From positions 18,869-82,868 of the forward strand of contig CAJXNP010000021.1 in assembly GCA_913057175.1 (NCBI GenBank): a DNA stretch of 64,000 nt, read 5' to 3'. The first letter of the stretch is position 1, and each line of letters starts with the position of its first letter. The DNA comes from an uncultured Cytophagales bacterium (lineage in GTDB: Bacteria; Bacteroidota; Bacteroidia; Cytophagales; Cyclobacteriaceae). Below are positions 38,122 to 48,614 of the stretch, piece by piece. A model generated the notes under the pieces. The model made no database searches. It worked only from the letters and a program-made list of their open reading frames with translations, and was not told the origin of the DNA. The translations under genes were made by a program, and so were the position numbers.

Positions 38122-40086
38122 ATGAAACCACTTTTTTTCTTAATGCTACTATCCATCATTCTTTATTCTAACACTTTCGGTCAACAATATTCCCATGAAT
38201 TTGGAGAGGTCAACACAATTGACTTCCAATATGTTTATGAGGACGATAAAAATGCTGAGGCCATTGTGCTTTATGATATAGGAGAAACAAAGTTTAAAAG
38301 AACCGACAATGGGTTTGTACTCCATTTCGAAAAGCGAACAAAAATTAAGATTCAGTCCAAATCTGCTTTGGAGAAATTCCTGGAAGTGGAGGTACCCTAT
38401 TATAAAGAAACCCACAAAATTGAAAAAGTAGAAAACATTGAGGCTAGCACTTATAATATTGAAAATGGCCAGATAACAGAAACAAAGCTCTTGAAAGATG
38501 CCATTTTCGAGGATGTTATAAATGAAAACTGGTATGTGAAAAAATTCACAATTCCCGATGTCAGGGAAGGATCCGTGATTGAATACAGATATACGGTCGA
38601 ATCACCGTTTTTTGTCAATTTAAAGGATTGGGAATTTCAGTGGACAGTACCAACTGCATATAGCGAGTATACTGTCAAAATGATTCCGTTTTACGAATAT
38701 GTATTTATCCTTCAGGGAACTAATAAATTTGATGAGCAAAAATCATATACCTCACAAGGAATGAAAAGACAATTTGGAAGTATAGAGTTCAACGACAATG
38801 TTCACCATTTTGTAATGAAAAATGTACCGGCATTTAAAGATGCTGAATACATCACTTCAGTCAATGACTATATCATTAAGCTCGATTTCCAACTAGCGAG
38901 GATCTACCCCCTTACAGGAGGCAAAATTGATTATATCACAACCTGGCCCGACCTGATCAAAGAGCTTGACAAACATCAGTACTTTGGAGATTTTATCAAA
39001 AAAAGTGAAAAACAGTTTTCCAAGTCGGATTCCTTTGTTGACATAGAAAACAAGCCTGATATGGAAAAATTCGAATATGGGGTTAATTACGTTAAGGCAA
39101 ATTATTCCTGGGACGGTCGAAATGGCAAATATGCTAATAAAGATTTCAAAGAATTTGAACGGGAAAAAACGGGAAATGCAGGCTGCATAAACTTGTATCT
39201 TACCGGTGTTCTACAAAGTATGGGATTGGAAGCCTATCCGCTAATCCTGAGCACAAGGAATCATGGAAAAATAATTGAATCCTACCCCTTTAGCAGTTTT
39301 TTCAACTACACGGTTGTAGCTGTAAAAACTAACAATAGTTATCTTCTGACAGATGCGACGGATATATTAAATTCTCAATTCAGGATACCTATTAAATGCA
39401 TGAATGGTAATGGGCTGATCATTAAGGAAGACGAGGAATTTTGGTTAAACCTGAATCCCAATTTCATTTCAAGAACTGAAAAATTCTTTAAAATATCACT
39501 CAATGAAAACCTGGACTCAATTAGAGTAAATGAAGAAATTAAAGCACATGAATACGAAGCTTTGTATTTCAGAAACAGATATTATAATGACACTGAAAAA
39601 TTAGACGAATACATCACCTCCAAAGAAATTTTCGGGACAAATAATCTAACTGTTGAAAATGCAAATGATGCCAGCAAACCATATATTCTAAAATTTTGTG
39701 GCACGCAGTCGGCAGAAGTGTATCAAAACAAAGTATATATTTCCCCTTTCTTAAACCAGGTTGTCGCCGAAAACCCATTTAAACAAGAGACCCGGAATTA
39801 CCCTATTGACATGATCTATCCAAATTCACATAGTTTTAGTTCAATTATATCAATTCCAGAGGGATATGCTATTTCTGCCATACCTAATTCTTTTAATTTT
39901 TCAAATGAATTGGCAGATATCAACTATGCAGCCTTTATAACAAGTGATAATGAGGTCAAAATTAGTGGCTGGTATACCTTTAAACATGCCTTATATCATC
40001 AGGATTACTATTCGAAATTGAAATATTTCTATATGGAAATCATCAAACACTTCAATCAGCAGGTTGTTTTGGAAAAAGAAACTTAG
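38122..40086 (+). CDS. DUF3857/DUF3858-type transglutaminase-like protein (partner of 36252..38108)
   Basis: 654 aa with a signal peptide. Core-like GNAGCINLYLTGVLQSMG. This type of gene pair is common in Bacteroidota. Confidence 0.65.
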   Translation: MKPLFFLMLLSIILYSNTFGQQYSHEFGEVNTIDFQYVYEDDKNAEAIVLYDIGETKFKRTDNGFVLHFEKRTKIKIQSKSALEKFLEVEVPYYKETHKIEKVENIEASTYNIENGQITETKLLKDAIFEDVINENWYVKKFTIPDVREGSVIEYRYTVESPFFVNLKDWEFQWTVPTAYSEYTVKMIPFYEYVFILQGTNKFDEQKSYTSQGMKRQFGSIEFNDNVHHFVMKNVPAFKDAEYITSVNDYIIKLDFQLARIYPLTGGKIDYITTWPDLIKELDKHQYFGDFIKKSEKQFSKSDSFVDIENKPDMEKFEYGVNYVKANYSWDGRNGKYANKDFKEFEREKTGNAGCINLYLTGVLQSMGLEAYPLILSTRNHGKIIESYPFSSFFNYTVVAVKTNNSYLLTDATDILNSQFRIPIKCMNGNGLIIKEDEEFWLNLNPNFISRTEKFFKISLNENLDSIRVNEEIKAHEYEALYFRNRYYNDTEKLDEYITSKEIFGTNNLTVENANDASKPYILKFCGTQSAEVYQNKVYISPFLNQVVAENPFKQETRNYPIDMIYPNSHSFSSIISIPEGYAISAIPNSFNFSNELADINYAAFITSDNEVKISGWYTFKHALYHQDYYSKLKYFYMEIIKHFNQQVVLEKET

Positions 40087-40169
40087 AGGTTCGTTCATCC
40101 TATTGAAACTTTTCCTATTTTGAATAGATTGAATCAATTTCTATCAATCCGGAATTTAACAAATATCTA

Positions 40170-40454
40170 TTGGCAAAATTCAGAAAAAGGCCTGTTGAAG
40201 TAAATGCCATTCAGTGGACAGGGAAAAATCTCGATGAAATAACTGAATTTCTTGAAGAAAAAGCTATTAAAAATAGCGTATCGTCAGGGTATAATTTCTA
40301 TCTGGATTATCAAAAAGTAGATGGAGGATTGGTGATAAAAACATTGGAAGGCGAACACATAGCATCAATCGGTGACTGGATTATCAAAGGCGTGAATGGC
40401 GAATATTACCCATGTAAACCTGATGTTTTCCGGGATACTTATGAGGCTATTTGA
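40170..40454 (+). CDS. small protein of a family I associate with phage genomes (tentative)
   Basis: 94 aa with a TTG start. KFRKRPVEVNAIQWTG...EGEHIASIGDWIIKGVNGEYYPCKPDVFRDTYE resembles a small phage-borne protein family. The call is from recognition only. Confidence 0.45.
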   Translation: MAKFRKRPVEVNAIQWTGKNLDEITEFLEEKAIKNSVSSGYNFYLDYQKVDGGLVIKTLEGEHIASIGDWIIKGVNGEYYPCKPDVFRDTYEAI

Positions 40455-40497
40455 TTAGAGCTTAATTTTTAGAACTTATTGATAACTTGATTTCCCA

Positions 40498-41715
40498 TCA
40501 ATAAAACACCACAAAATACTGTAGTAACCCAGCAATGCCTCCCAGTGCTGCTCCAACTAAAATCAATGTCATTTCATCTTCCTTAAAAACTGGCCTGAGA
40601 AATGCCTCAAATTCCACAGGAGTTAATTCTTTCATTTTCCGTTGGAGAACAATTCTTAGATTCAAGGCCTCCTCTGTATACCCAAAAACGGTCCGGATAT
40701 TCTGAGGCAATTCCTGCATAAAGCGGAAACTGGCAATATTTTTTATGTATTCAAACATCTTGCTTCCACTGACACTCTCTATGAGTTCCTTAGCGGTTCC
40801 TGCCGTTTGTTCAATGGTTTGTTGAATATGCTTTTGTACAATGGTGTACATTTTCTGTGATCCTGGCCCACGAATAATGTACTCAAAAATATTCTCAACA
40901 GTAATGATTTTAGAAGCAATTATTGCAGAATATTCTTCACTCACTTCATTTTGCCTTTTGATAAATAGGCCCTGTATTTGCATTCTCCCGATTCGAAAAG
41001 GATTGAGTGGACGAAAAATCAGCTTAAGTGCCAGCAAATTTGTGAAATAACCAACTAATAAGCCTGCCAAAGGCAACGTCCACCAAAGAGGAAAATAAAC
41101 CCATAGCACCATCTGGATGATTCCGAAAAGAAATCCAAAGTACAACCCCGACCGCTCTATGAATTTAAATTCCCGGGCGCCACAACGGATAAACACCAGG
41201 TTCAGCAGCTGCCTGTTCTGCGTAAGGGAAGAAACCGCCAGTGCTTTAAGGTCCAATAAATTATTGAAATTCGACTTCACATCTCCCATGATTTCCTTCA
41301 TGATCTCAGGAAGCTCTTTACTGACATTTTCATAGATGCTTTCCTTGACAAACCCAGGAGTCTTTTTCCAAACTTTTCCCATTTGGGCATCCATCACTTC
41401 ATCGATAATTTGTTTGGATAGCCGGTCAACCGAAGGCATCATCTCCTGCGCTACCTTATCGGGTTCTACACGCGCAAATTCTTCTTCCATATTAATGAGC
41501 TTTCCTGTCCACAGATCAACCGCAGTCTCAGCCATTTTTTTTGCTTTCGATGGAATGATCCCCTGCCAGCCAAAGGGGCGAATTCCTTTGAATTCTAAAG
41601 GATAAAACGTCATTTTGATAGCAATAAGATTCGTGATCCAGCCCACAAATGCACTAACAAAAGGAATGGAGAGAAAAACCGGGTTTTGAATAATATTATC
41701 GAAAAAATCTTCCAT
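40498..41715 (-). CDS. DUF445-like membrane protein
   Basis: ATG at 41715 (MEDFFDNIIQNPVFLSIPFV...). Terminal TM helices flank a long soluble middle, as in DUF445 proteins. Confidence 0.6.
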   Translation of the reverse strand: MEDFFDNIIQNPVFLSIPFVSAFVGWITNLIAIKMTFYPLEFKGIRPFGWQGIIPSKAKKMAETAVDLWTGKLINMEEEFARVEPDKVAQEMMPSVDRLSKQIIDEVMDAQMGKVWKKTPGFVKESIYENVSKELPEIMKEIMGDVKSNFNNLLDLKALAVSSLTQNRQLLNLVFIRCGAREFKFIERSGLYFGFLFGIIQMVLWVYFPLWWTLPLAGLLVGYFTNLLALKLIFRPLNPFRIGRMQIQGLFIKRQNEVSEEYSAIIASKIITVENIFEYIIRGPGSQKMYTIVQKHIQQTIEQTAGTAKELIESVSGSKMFEYIKNIASFRFMQELPQNIRTVFGYTEEALNLRIVLQRKMKELTPVEFEAFLRPVFKEDEMTLILVGAALGGIAGLLQYFVVFY

Positions 41716-41942
41716 AACGCTATCAGCGCCCAATTAACCGATTTGTATGCACAACAAAAATGATTTGGGTTTTATTTTTTGGGATATGTGTGGAATTCAA
41801 TAGGTAAATTTCTGATACAACAAGGGAATCGGTAGGGATCGGGTAAGTAAAAATTGATCGGTGAAAAGAAAGTTTTACTGACGACAGATCACCGATTATT
41901 GTTTACTTTCTTTCAGGAAAATATCCTTTCCACGATTCCCGT

Positions 41943-43100
41943 CTAATTGCTCATCCTGGCAATCTTCTCCCGCATCATTTCATACTCTTCAGGTTTATTG
42001 GCATTGATCAATTCCTCCGGTCGATCGGGTTTGATCATTTCTATGTTGGAATTGATAAGTACTTTGCGAGGACATCCATAACCTAAACCCAGAAAATTGA
42101 GCAGAACAGGATATGCTTTGGGTTCCCAGATGGTAATAAGGGGTTCCGGAAAATCTGTTTCCCTGTTGTAAAAGGCCGTTGCAATTTTACATGGGTTTCT
42201 CGATTCAACCAGTTGTTGTATTGTTTCTTCGGATAGAATAGGGAGGTCAACTGCCAACACCAACCACGCCTGATCAGGGTATTCCCTGAATGCACTTAAA
42301 ATCGCGCCATACGGACCGAGATCATCAAATGTATCGACAATTAAATCAAACTGACCAGCGAGTTCTTCTTTCTGATCTTTTCTACATGAAACAAATGTCT
42401 TTGAAGTGAATTTGCTCAATTGATTGTGTAAATATTCCCGGTGTGGAACTCCATGATATTCCAGCAATCCCTTATCCCGGTTCATTCGCTGACTTTTTCC
42501 ACCGGCCAAAACCAATCCCCATAGTTCCGGAACCTGATCACCGAGGTATTGATCAATATCTCTTGAGATATTTTCAATATCGGTGATGGAATATTGAGGA
42601 AGCTGATCAATATTTTCAATGTGATCCTTCAGGTATCGGGGAATTTCAGATTGTCCTTCACTGAATAGGATCATGACTACGTCGGTAACTTTTTCCAGTT
42701 TCTTTTCCAGTGGTTTTCTCTCGTCAATGACAACAATTTGCTTTTTAGAGCTGAAATGATTCCCATTTATAAGCACCAGATCATATTCATTGAATCGAAG
42801 GTTTCTATGAAATTTGTCCATTGGCTGAACAGTGTCAAATCGCTCAAATGAGATTTTATCAGTGTAGACCAATTGGCTTCCGGCTCTGAGAAATTTAGAT
42901 TTTTCTTCCTCCTCGGTTTTATGATCTGCATCGACATAAGCAATCTGTTTATCAGCTAATTTTCCAATAATTTGCTCGCTAAGTTGTTTAATGTCTCCAC
43001 ATGGTGTGCCAAGGATAGACAACTCGACACGGCCGAATTCTCCAAATTTAGCCCTTACTGTTTTCCCATGTTTTTGATGATTACTTTGATTGGTAGTCAT
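41943..43100 (-). CDS. mobA: molybdenum cofactor guanylyltransferase MobA domain with ~190-aa N-terminal extension
   Basis: 385 aa. The C-terminal half carries the MobA signature GLVLAGGKSQRMNRDKGLL. The N-terminal half has only a degenerate P-loop-like ILGTPCGDIKQ. Confidence 0.7.
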   Translation of the reverse strand: MTTNQSNHQKHGKTVRAKFGEFGRVELSILGTPCGDIKQLSEQIIGKLADKQIAYVDADHKTEEEEKSKFLRAGSQLVYTDKISFERFDTVQPMDKFHRNLRFNEYDLVLINGNHFSSKKQIVVIDERKPLEKKLEKVTDVVMILFSEGQSEIPRYLKDHIENIDQLPQYSITDIENISRDIDQYLGDQVPELWGLVLAGGKSQRMNRDKGLLEYHGVPHREYLHNQLSKFTSKTFVSCRKDQKEELAGQFDLIVDTFDDLGPYGAILSAFREYPDQAWLVLAVDLPILSEETIQQLVESRNPCKIATAFYNRETDFPEPLITIWEPKAYPVLLNFLGLGYGCPRKVLINSNIEMIKPDRPEELINANKPEEYEMMREKIARMSN

Positions 43101-43557
43101 TTTTACCTCCGGTTTTTTCGATTAATTGAATTTCACTGATCACAATCTTTTTTGAAAAGGCTTTACACATATCATAAATGGTTAAGGCTGCAATCGAAGC
43201 ACCTGTCAAAGCCTCCATTTCCACACCTGTCTTAGCGCTAATTTTAGCAACGCAAATTATTTCCAACTGGTTATGACCAATATTCTTTATCTCGACCTGA
43301 CAGTTGTCTAATGCCAAGGGATGGCAAAGAGGTATCAGCTCACTGGTCTTTTTAGCTCCCATGATCCCAGCCAGGACTGCCGTTTGAATAACGCTTCCTT
43401 TTTTTGTCTTAATGTCATCATTTTCAAAATTCTCAAAGACTTCCTTTGGCAGGGTAATAATGGCCCTGGCCCTGGCTGTGCGCTGTGTTTCCGATTTGTG
43501 CCCCACATCTACCATCATTGGTTTGCCGGCCGGATCAAGATGCGTAAACTCTCCCAT
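43081..43557 (-). CDS. moaC: cyclic pyranopterin monophosphate synthase MoaC
   Basis: 158 aa with conserved MoaC blocks (HLDPAGKPMMVDV, KGSVIQTAVLAGIMGAKKTSELIPLCHPL, TGVEMEALTGASIAALTIYDMCKA). Confidence 0.93.
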   Translation of the reverse strand: MGEFTHLDPAGKPMMVDVGHKSETQRTARARAIITLPKEVFENFENDDIKTKKGSVIQTAVLAGIMGAKKTSELIPLCHPLALDNCQVEIKNIGHNQLEIICVAKISAKTGVEMEALTGASIAALTIYDMCKAFSKKIVISEIQLIEKTGGKNDYQSK

Positions 43558-43627
43558 AATGTGTGTCGATTAAGTTCCGAAATTATTAGATTGCAGGGAC
43601 AGATGCTTGTTTTTAAATGAATATTTA

Positions 43628-44833
43628 ATGATCGACGTAGCCGAAGCCGAAAAAATTATCCTTTCCAACACGTTTACTCCCAACATTATTGAGATTCCCT
43701 TAGAGCTTTCCATTGACAGGGTTTTACAGGAAGATGTGTTTACCGATACGGATTTTCCACCTTTTGACCGGATCATGATGGATGGGATCGCAATCAATTT
43801 CGATGAATATGAGAACGGCAGAAGAGAATTTAAAGTAGCTGGTATTCAAGCTGCTGGAAAACCTCAACAGACCCTGATTGATAAGACCGAGTGCCTGGAG
43901 GCAATGACAGGAGCAATTTTACCGAATGGTACCGACACCATAATCCAGTATGAATTGCTTGAATTTAATGATGAAAAAACGGTTGCAAGAATTAATGATG
44001 AAGATATAGAAAGAGGCCGAAATATTCACAACAAAGGAACTGATAAGAAAGCGGGTGATCTCCTGATCAAAAAAGGAGTCATTGTATCTGCAGCAGAACT
44101 AGCTGTGATGGCATCGGTTGGAAAAACGTCTGTAAAAGTTTCTCAACATCCGAGGGTAGCTGTTATTTCAACCGGAGATGAATTGGTGGAAATCGATCAG
44201 GAACCCCTGCCACATCAAATTCGCCGATCCAATATTTATGCTATCCAGGCAGAGTTAAATAAGCTTGGTCTGAAATGTTCCAAGCATCATTTGAATGATG
44301 AAAAAGACGAACTGGAAAAAAGCATTCTGAAAATTCTTGAAGATCACGAAGTGCTCATTCTAAGCGGCGGCGTTTCTATGGGAAAGTTTGATTTTGTGCC
44401 GGAAGTATTGGATACATGCGGGGTTAAGAAATTGTTTCACAAGATTAAACAAAAGCCCGGCAAGCCCTTTTGGTTTGGTGTTAGGGATCAAAAAAATGTC
44501 GCCTTCGCCTTCCCAGGAAATCCGGTTTCGACCTTCATGTGCTTTCATCGATATTTTAAACCATGGCTGATGAAAAGCATGGAAATAGCTGAAGTCAAAA
44601 AATATTATGCTGTTTTGAACGATTCCATTGACTTTAAAGCACCGCTAACCTATTTCTTGCAAGTAAAAACCCACTTTGATCAAAACGCCAATTTGTGTGC
44701 CCAGCCCATAGTAGGTCGAGGTTCGGGAGACCATGCTAATTTACTCGAAGCTGATGGCTTTTTGGAAATACCTGGCGGATCAGAAGCCATAAAAAAAGGG
44801 CAGGTTTTTCGATATTTTCCATTTCGAAATTGA
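43628..44833 (+). CDS. moeA: molybdopterin molybdenumtransferase MoeA
   Basis: ORF opens on TTG at 43607; ATG at 43628 (MIDVAEAEKIIL). MoeA blocks are present (FPPFDRIMMDGIA, AVISTGDELVE, IRRSNIYA, LILSGGVSMGKFDF, KPGKPFWFG, FAFPGNPVSTF). Confidence 0.9.
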   Translation: MIDVAEAEKIILSNTFTPNIIEIPLELSIDRVLQEDVFTDTDFPPFDRIMMDGIAINFDEYENGRREFKVAGIQAAGKPQQTLIDKTECLEAMTGAILPNGTDTIIQYELLEFNDEKTVARINDEDIERGRNIHNKGTDKKAGDLLIKKGVIVSAAELAVMASVGKTSVKVSQHPRVAVISTGDELVEIDQEPLPHQIRRSNIYAIQAELNKLGLKCSKHHLNDEKDELEKSILKILEDHEVLILSGGVSMGKFDFVPEVLDTCGVKKLFHKIKQKPGKPFWFGVRDQKNVAFAFPGNPVSTFMCFHRYFKPWLMKSMEIAEVKKYYAVLNDSIDFKAPLTYFLQVKTHFDQNANLCAQPIVGRGSGDHANLLEADGFLEIPGGSEAIKKGQVFRYFPFRN

Positions 44834-44917
44834 GACATACACCTTATTTTCAGATTTAATCAATATTTAAAAAATATCGATTAGATTTAGAATGTGTATT
44901 TAGAATAACTACTCAAC

Positions 44918-46318
44918 ATGGACGTAAGAATAAAATTTCTGGGAGGTGCTGGCACCGTGACCGGTTCCAGGTACCTGCTGGAAATAGACGATTTTAAACT
45001 TCTGGTCGATTGCGGATTATTTCAGGGTGTTAAGGAACTTCGAATAAAAAACTGGGAACCTTTTCCCATAGATCTTTCAGAAATTGATGCAATTGTTTTA
45101 ACCCATGCTCACATCGATCATACCGGATATCTTCCGAGATTAGTAAAAGAAGGTTATACCGGCCCTATTTATTGCAATGATGCGACAGAAGACCTGGTAA
45201 AAATATTGCTTTTGGACTCGGCTAAGTTACAGGAAGAAGAAGCAAACTACGCAAGGAAAAAGGGCTATTCCAGACATGAGGAGCCCTTGCCGCTATATGG
45301 AATCAAAGACGCAGAAATGGTTTTTCCCCTAATCCGTTCGACAGACTATTTCCAGGAGATCACGATCCGGGAAAAGATCCGCGTGAAGTTTAAAAATGCC
45401 GGGCATATTTTAGGGGCATCTATCGTGGAAGTGAAAATTCAGGGAGATCAGCAGGAAAAGAAAATTGTCTTTTCAGGCGACCTGGGTCGATATAATGACC
45501 CCATGCTTTACCCTCCGATACCAATTGAAAAAGCTGATATTTTACTAATTGAATCAACTTATGGTGACCGGAATAATCCAATGGGGGATATTTTTAGAAA
45601 CCTGGCTGAAATTGTCAACAGGGCCATGGACAGAGGAGGGTGTTTGCTCATACCTGCATTTTCTGTTGGCCGCACACAACTTATGCTTTATTACTTCAAG
45701 CAAATGATTGAGAATGGGAGTATTCCCGATATTCCCGTTTATCTGGACAGCCCCATGGCCATCAGCGCTACTGCTCTGCACAAACGTCATTTTGAATATC
45801 ATAAGTTGGACGAGTTTGACCTGGATAATCAGCATGCTGTTTTTGATTTTAAAAATTTTAGATACAAAAGCTCTCAGGAAGAGTCCGTTCAATTGAACAC
45901 CCTGAAGAACAATGCCATCATCATCTCTGCGAGCGGAATGTGTACGGGAGGCAGGATTATGCATCACCTTTACAACCGGTTGCAAAATGAAAACGACACG
46001 ATCATGTTTGTCGGGTACCAGGCAGAAGGTACCAGGGGTAGAAAGATCCTGGATGGAGAACCATCAGTCAAAATGTTTGGCTATGAAATACCGGTAAAAT
46101 GTCATGTTGAGAAAATTGAAGGCCTGTCCGCTCATGCTGACAAAACCGAATTGATAACCTGGCTGGATCAGCTGGGGGATTCGCCAAAAATGACATTTGT
46201 TGTGCATGGCGAGAAGGAGGTTTCAAGAAAATTTGCTGCGACAATTGTTGATAACTATAGATGGAATGTCACCTTACCCGAGCTCAATCAATCCTATGAA
46301 TTGTTCAAGGGAATCTAG
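44918..46318 (+). CDS. MBL-fold beta-CASP family hydrolase (RNA-metabolising type)
   Basis: 466 aa. FLGGAGTVTGS, the HxHxDH motif LTHAHIDHTGYLP, and a C-terminal SAHAD motif typical of beta-CASP proteins. Confidence 0.85.
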   Translation: MDVRIKFLGGAGTVTGSRYLLEIDDFKLLVDCGLFQGVKELRIKNWEPFPIDLSEIDAIVLTHAHIDHTGYLPRLVKEGYTGPIYCNDATEDLVKILLLDSAKLQEEEANYARKKGYSRHEEPLPLYGIKDAEMVFPLIRSTDYFQEITIREKIRVKFKNAGHILGASIVEVKIQGDQQEKKIVFSGDLGRYNDPMLYPPIPIEKADILLIESTYGDRNNPMGDIFRNLAEIVNRAMDRGGCLLIPAFSVGRTQLMLYYFKQMIENGSIPDIPVYLDSPMAISATALHKRHFEYHKLDEFDLDNQHAVFDFKNFRYKSSQEESVQLNTLKNNAIIISASGMCTGGRIMHHLYNRLQNENDTIMFVGYQAEGTRGRKILDGEPSVKMFGYEIPVKCHVEKIEGLSAHADKTELITWLDQLGDSPKMTFVVHGEKEVSRKFAATIVDNYRWNVTLPELNQSYELFKGI

Positions 46319-48537
46319 TCTTGTTTGAGATTGGCTAACAATCGCTCAAGTAAATATCCGGAAAACCTGATCATTTTCCTGATCTCATTAGGAGTTGCAA
46401 GCCGCATATGTCGGAAGACCAATAAAGATTGCCCATTGCTTTCGAGATGATAAACATCCCCCTTATTAAAAAAGTCTATTAACTCCTGGGTAAAAAACTC
46501 ACGAATCTCATTTTTCCTCGGGCCTTTAAGCAAATACCTTTTTGAAAATTTTGTTTGTCCCTTAAAATCAATATCCTCATTTGCCGCTAACTGAATTACC
46601 TTATCAAGCAGGACTTCCTTTTCAAGTGAAAAAACCGGAAGATCGATTGGTAATTTCAGTATTTCAACGCTTGTATGATAAACTTCACGGGCGATAAGAG
46701 CTCCTTCATCAAAGGTAATATCGCAAAACTCCCAATCCACATCAAAATTTTCATACCTCCCCTTTATAATATTTTTCTTGTATTCGACCGGACGGGTTCG
46801 AAAGAACAAAAATTCCCTTAGATCCGAAGTATCAAAATTTAATTCCGGCGAAAAGGTAAGATTGTATTCACCAGCTATTTGCTTAATCTCCGATTGTCGC
46901 TTGGTTAATCTGATCATATCCTTTCTTGGTCGCTCATGGAAATGAAGTGAATACGGATGATATGACGAAGTTTTCAACACTCCCAATCCCACAATTTCAA
47001 ATTTTCCACCCCGGATGCTGTAATCATCGGCATATTGGTGGATGTACTCGAGCGTGGTATTATCTACAAGGCGAACATGAGCAAAATCTGCAATAATTAA
47101 TTTTCGGGAGGGCAGTCGATGCAATACCTTTCTCAAATACATGATATTAAGGAAGTTTGCCACACCTTTGATCTTTAGGACAACCTTACGATTCTCTTCA
47201 TCTACCACTTTAACAAATGGATTAAAGACATATTTGTAGAAGGCGCTAAATCCTAAACCGAGTTTGAAATAGTGAATGATTAATATAATGATCATTCCAC
47301 TCATAATTCCGTATAACAGTCCCAACCAAAGAGTAAATAATAACGTCCCGAGGAACACAACAAATTGCTCCCATCCCATTCGCGACATCTCTGTGAAAAG
47401 CTTGGGAGATGCCAGTTTATATCCTGTGTAAACCAGGATAGCAGCCAGAGCAGCAAGCGGCAGCTTTTGAATAAGACCTGGAAGAAAGGTCACATACATC
47501 AGGACAAATATTCCGTGATAAAGATTGGACATTTTGGTCTTTGCACCATGATTGACATTGACAGAGCTTCTGGATATGACAGAATAGGTTGGAAGCCCAC
47601 CAATACCAGCGGAAATTACACTGGCAAACCCTACACCAATCAGATCCCGGTTGAAATTTGTTTTTCTCCTTTCGGGATCCATTTTTTCAATAGCACTCGC
47701 ACTTAGTATATTTTCAATGGTGGATATAATCGTAATATTCAAAACAGCATTCCAAAAGATGAATGTGTTCATCTTCGAAAAATCAGGCATCATAACTCCT
47801 TTCATTATATTTTCAGGAACCTGAATGAGTAAATGAGGCCCGGTTTCATAAGTTGTTCCAAAAGCAGTAATGGTGTTATAACTGAAGAAATCAAATACAA
47901 AAACCAAAGTGACAGACGCCAGCACAACCCATATCACTGAAGGTATATGATGAATTAACTTACTTTTGAACTTATGGTGAAAAATGAGAATGAGCAATGA
48001 GACAAGGGCAATGAAAGTCGTAAAAGGATTCAGATGCTTTAACAGGCTGGGCAATTCGATAATTGCATCAAGGGTGTTGGATGCTTCTGAGGTGACATCA
48101 AGGGAAACGTGAAGTTGTTTGATCATGATGATTACACCAATGGCAGCCAGCAAACCCTGAATAACCGTGGATGGAAAAACATGGCTGTATTTTCCCAGTT
48201 TCAGAAAACCAAAAAGAGCCAAAATTAATCCGCTTATTATGAAAGCAGCCAACACATACTGAAAGGTTTTGCCATCACCAAAATTCAGGCTTTCAACCGC
48301 AGAAAGTGTGATGACGATCAAACCGGCTCCCGGACCTTTGATTACGAGATGTGTACCCGTAAGAAACGTACAGAAAATTCCTCCAACAATTGCCGAAAAA
48401 ATACCTGCAAAAGCCGGTGCCCCAGACGCTAGTGCAATCCCAAGTGCAAGGGGTAGGGCAACAAGAGAGACGCTAAATCCCGCTAGCAAATCATGATTCC
48501 AATGTTTTAGCGTTTCTTTCCGAAACAGATCTAACAT
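46315..48537 (-). CDS. SulP family anion transporter with STAS domain and ~220-aa extra C-terminal domain
   Basis: 740 aa. N-terminal SulP membrane core (DLLAGFSVSLVALPLALGIALASGAP). STAS-like VVLKIKGVANFLNIMYLRKVL...VRLVDNTTLEYI. A further soluble tail has no motif I recognise. Confidence 0.85.
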   Translation of the reverse strand: MLDLFRKETLKHWNHDLLAGFSVSLVALPLALGIALASGAPAFAGIFSAIVGGIFCTFLTGTHLVIKGPGAGLIVITLSAVESLNFGDGKTFQYVLAAFIISGLILALFGFLKLGKYSHVFPSTVIQGLLAAIGVIIMIKQLHVSLDVTSEASNTLDAIIELPSLLKHLNPFTTFIALVSLLILIFHHKFKSKLIHHIPSVIWVVLASVTLVFVFDFFSYNTITAFGTTYETGPHLLIQVPENIMKGVMMPDFSKMNTFIFWNAVLNITIISTIENILSASAIEKMDPERRKTNFNRDLIGVGFASVISAGIGGLPTYSVISRSSVNVNHGAKTKMSNLYHGIFVLMYVTFLPGLIQKLPLAALAAILVYTGYKLASPKLFTEMSRMGWEQFVVFLGTLLFTLWLGLLYGIMSGMIIILIIHYFKLGLGFSAFYKYVFNPFVKVVDEENRKVVLKIKGVANFLNIMYLRKVLHRLPSRKLIIADFAHVRLVDNTTLEYIHQYADDYSIRGGKFEIVGLGVLKTSSYHPYSLHFHERPRKDMIRLTKRQSEIKQIAGEYNLTFSPELNFDTSDLREFLFFRTRPVEYKKNIIKGRYENFDVDWEFCDITFDEGALIAREVYHTSVEILKLPIDLPVFSLEKEVLLDKVIQLAANEDIDFKGQTKFSKRYLLKGPRKNEIREFFTQELIDFFNKGDVYHLESNGQSLLVFRHMRLATPNEIRKMIRFSGYLLERLLANLKQD

Positions 48538-48614
48538 GTAAGCCCGTCAGTTTACTATCAATTTGTATTATAAAGAATAAATAAGAGATAGCCAAGTAAA
48601 AAAGAGTGATCACC

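Noticed and set aside
36252-40086. The DUF3857/transglutaminase-like gene pair as a novel system
   Set aside because: This pairing is widespread in Bacteroidota and already catalogued as a domain family. Nothing here is unusual beyond its unknown function.
43558-43627. Possible molybdenum-cofactor riboswitch between moaC and moeA
   Set aside because: The divergent spacer is only about 70 nt, too short for the ~130-nt Moco aptamer. I saw no matching conserved core.
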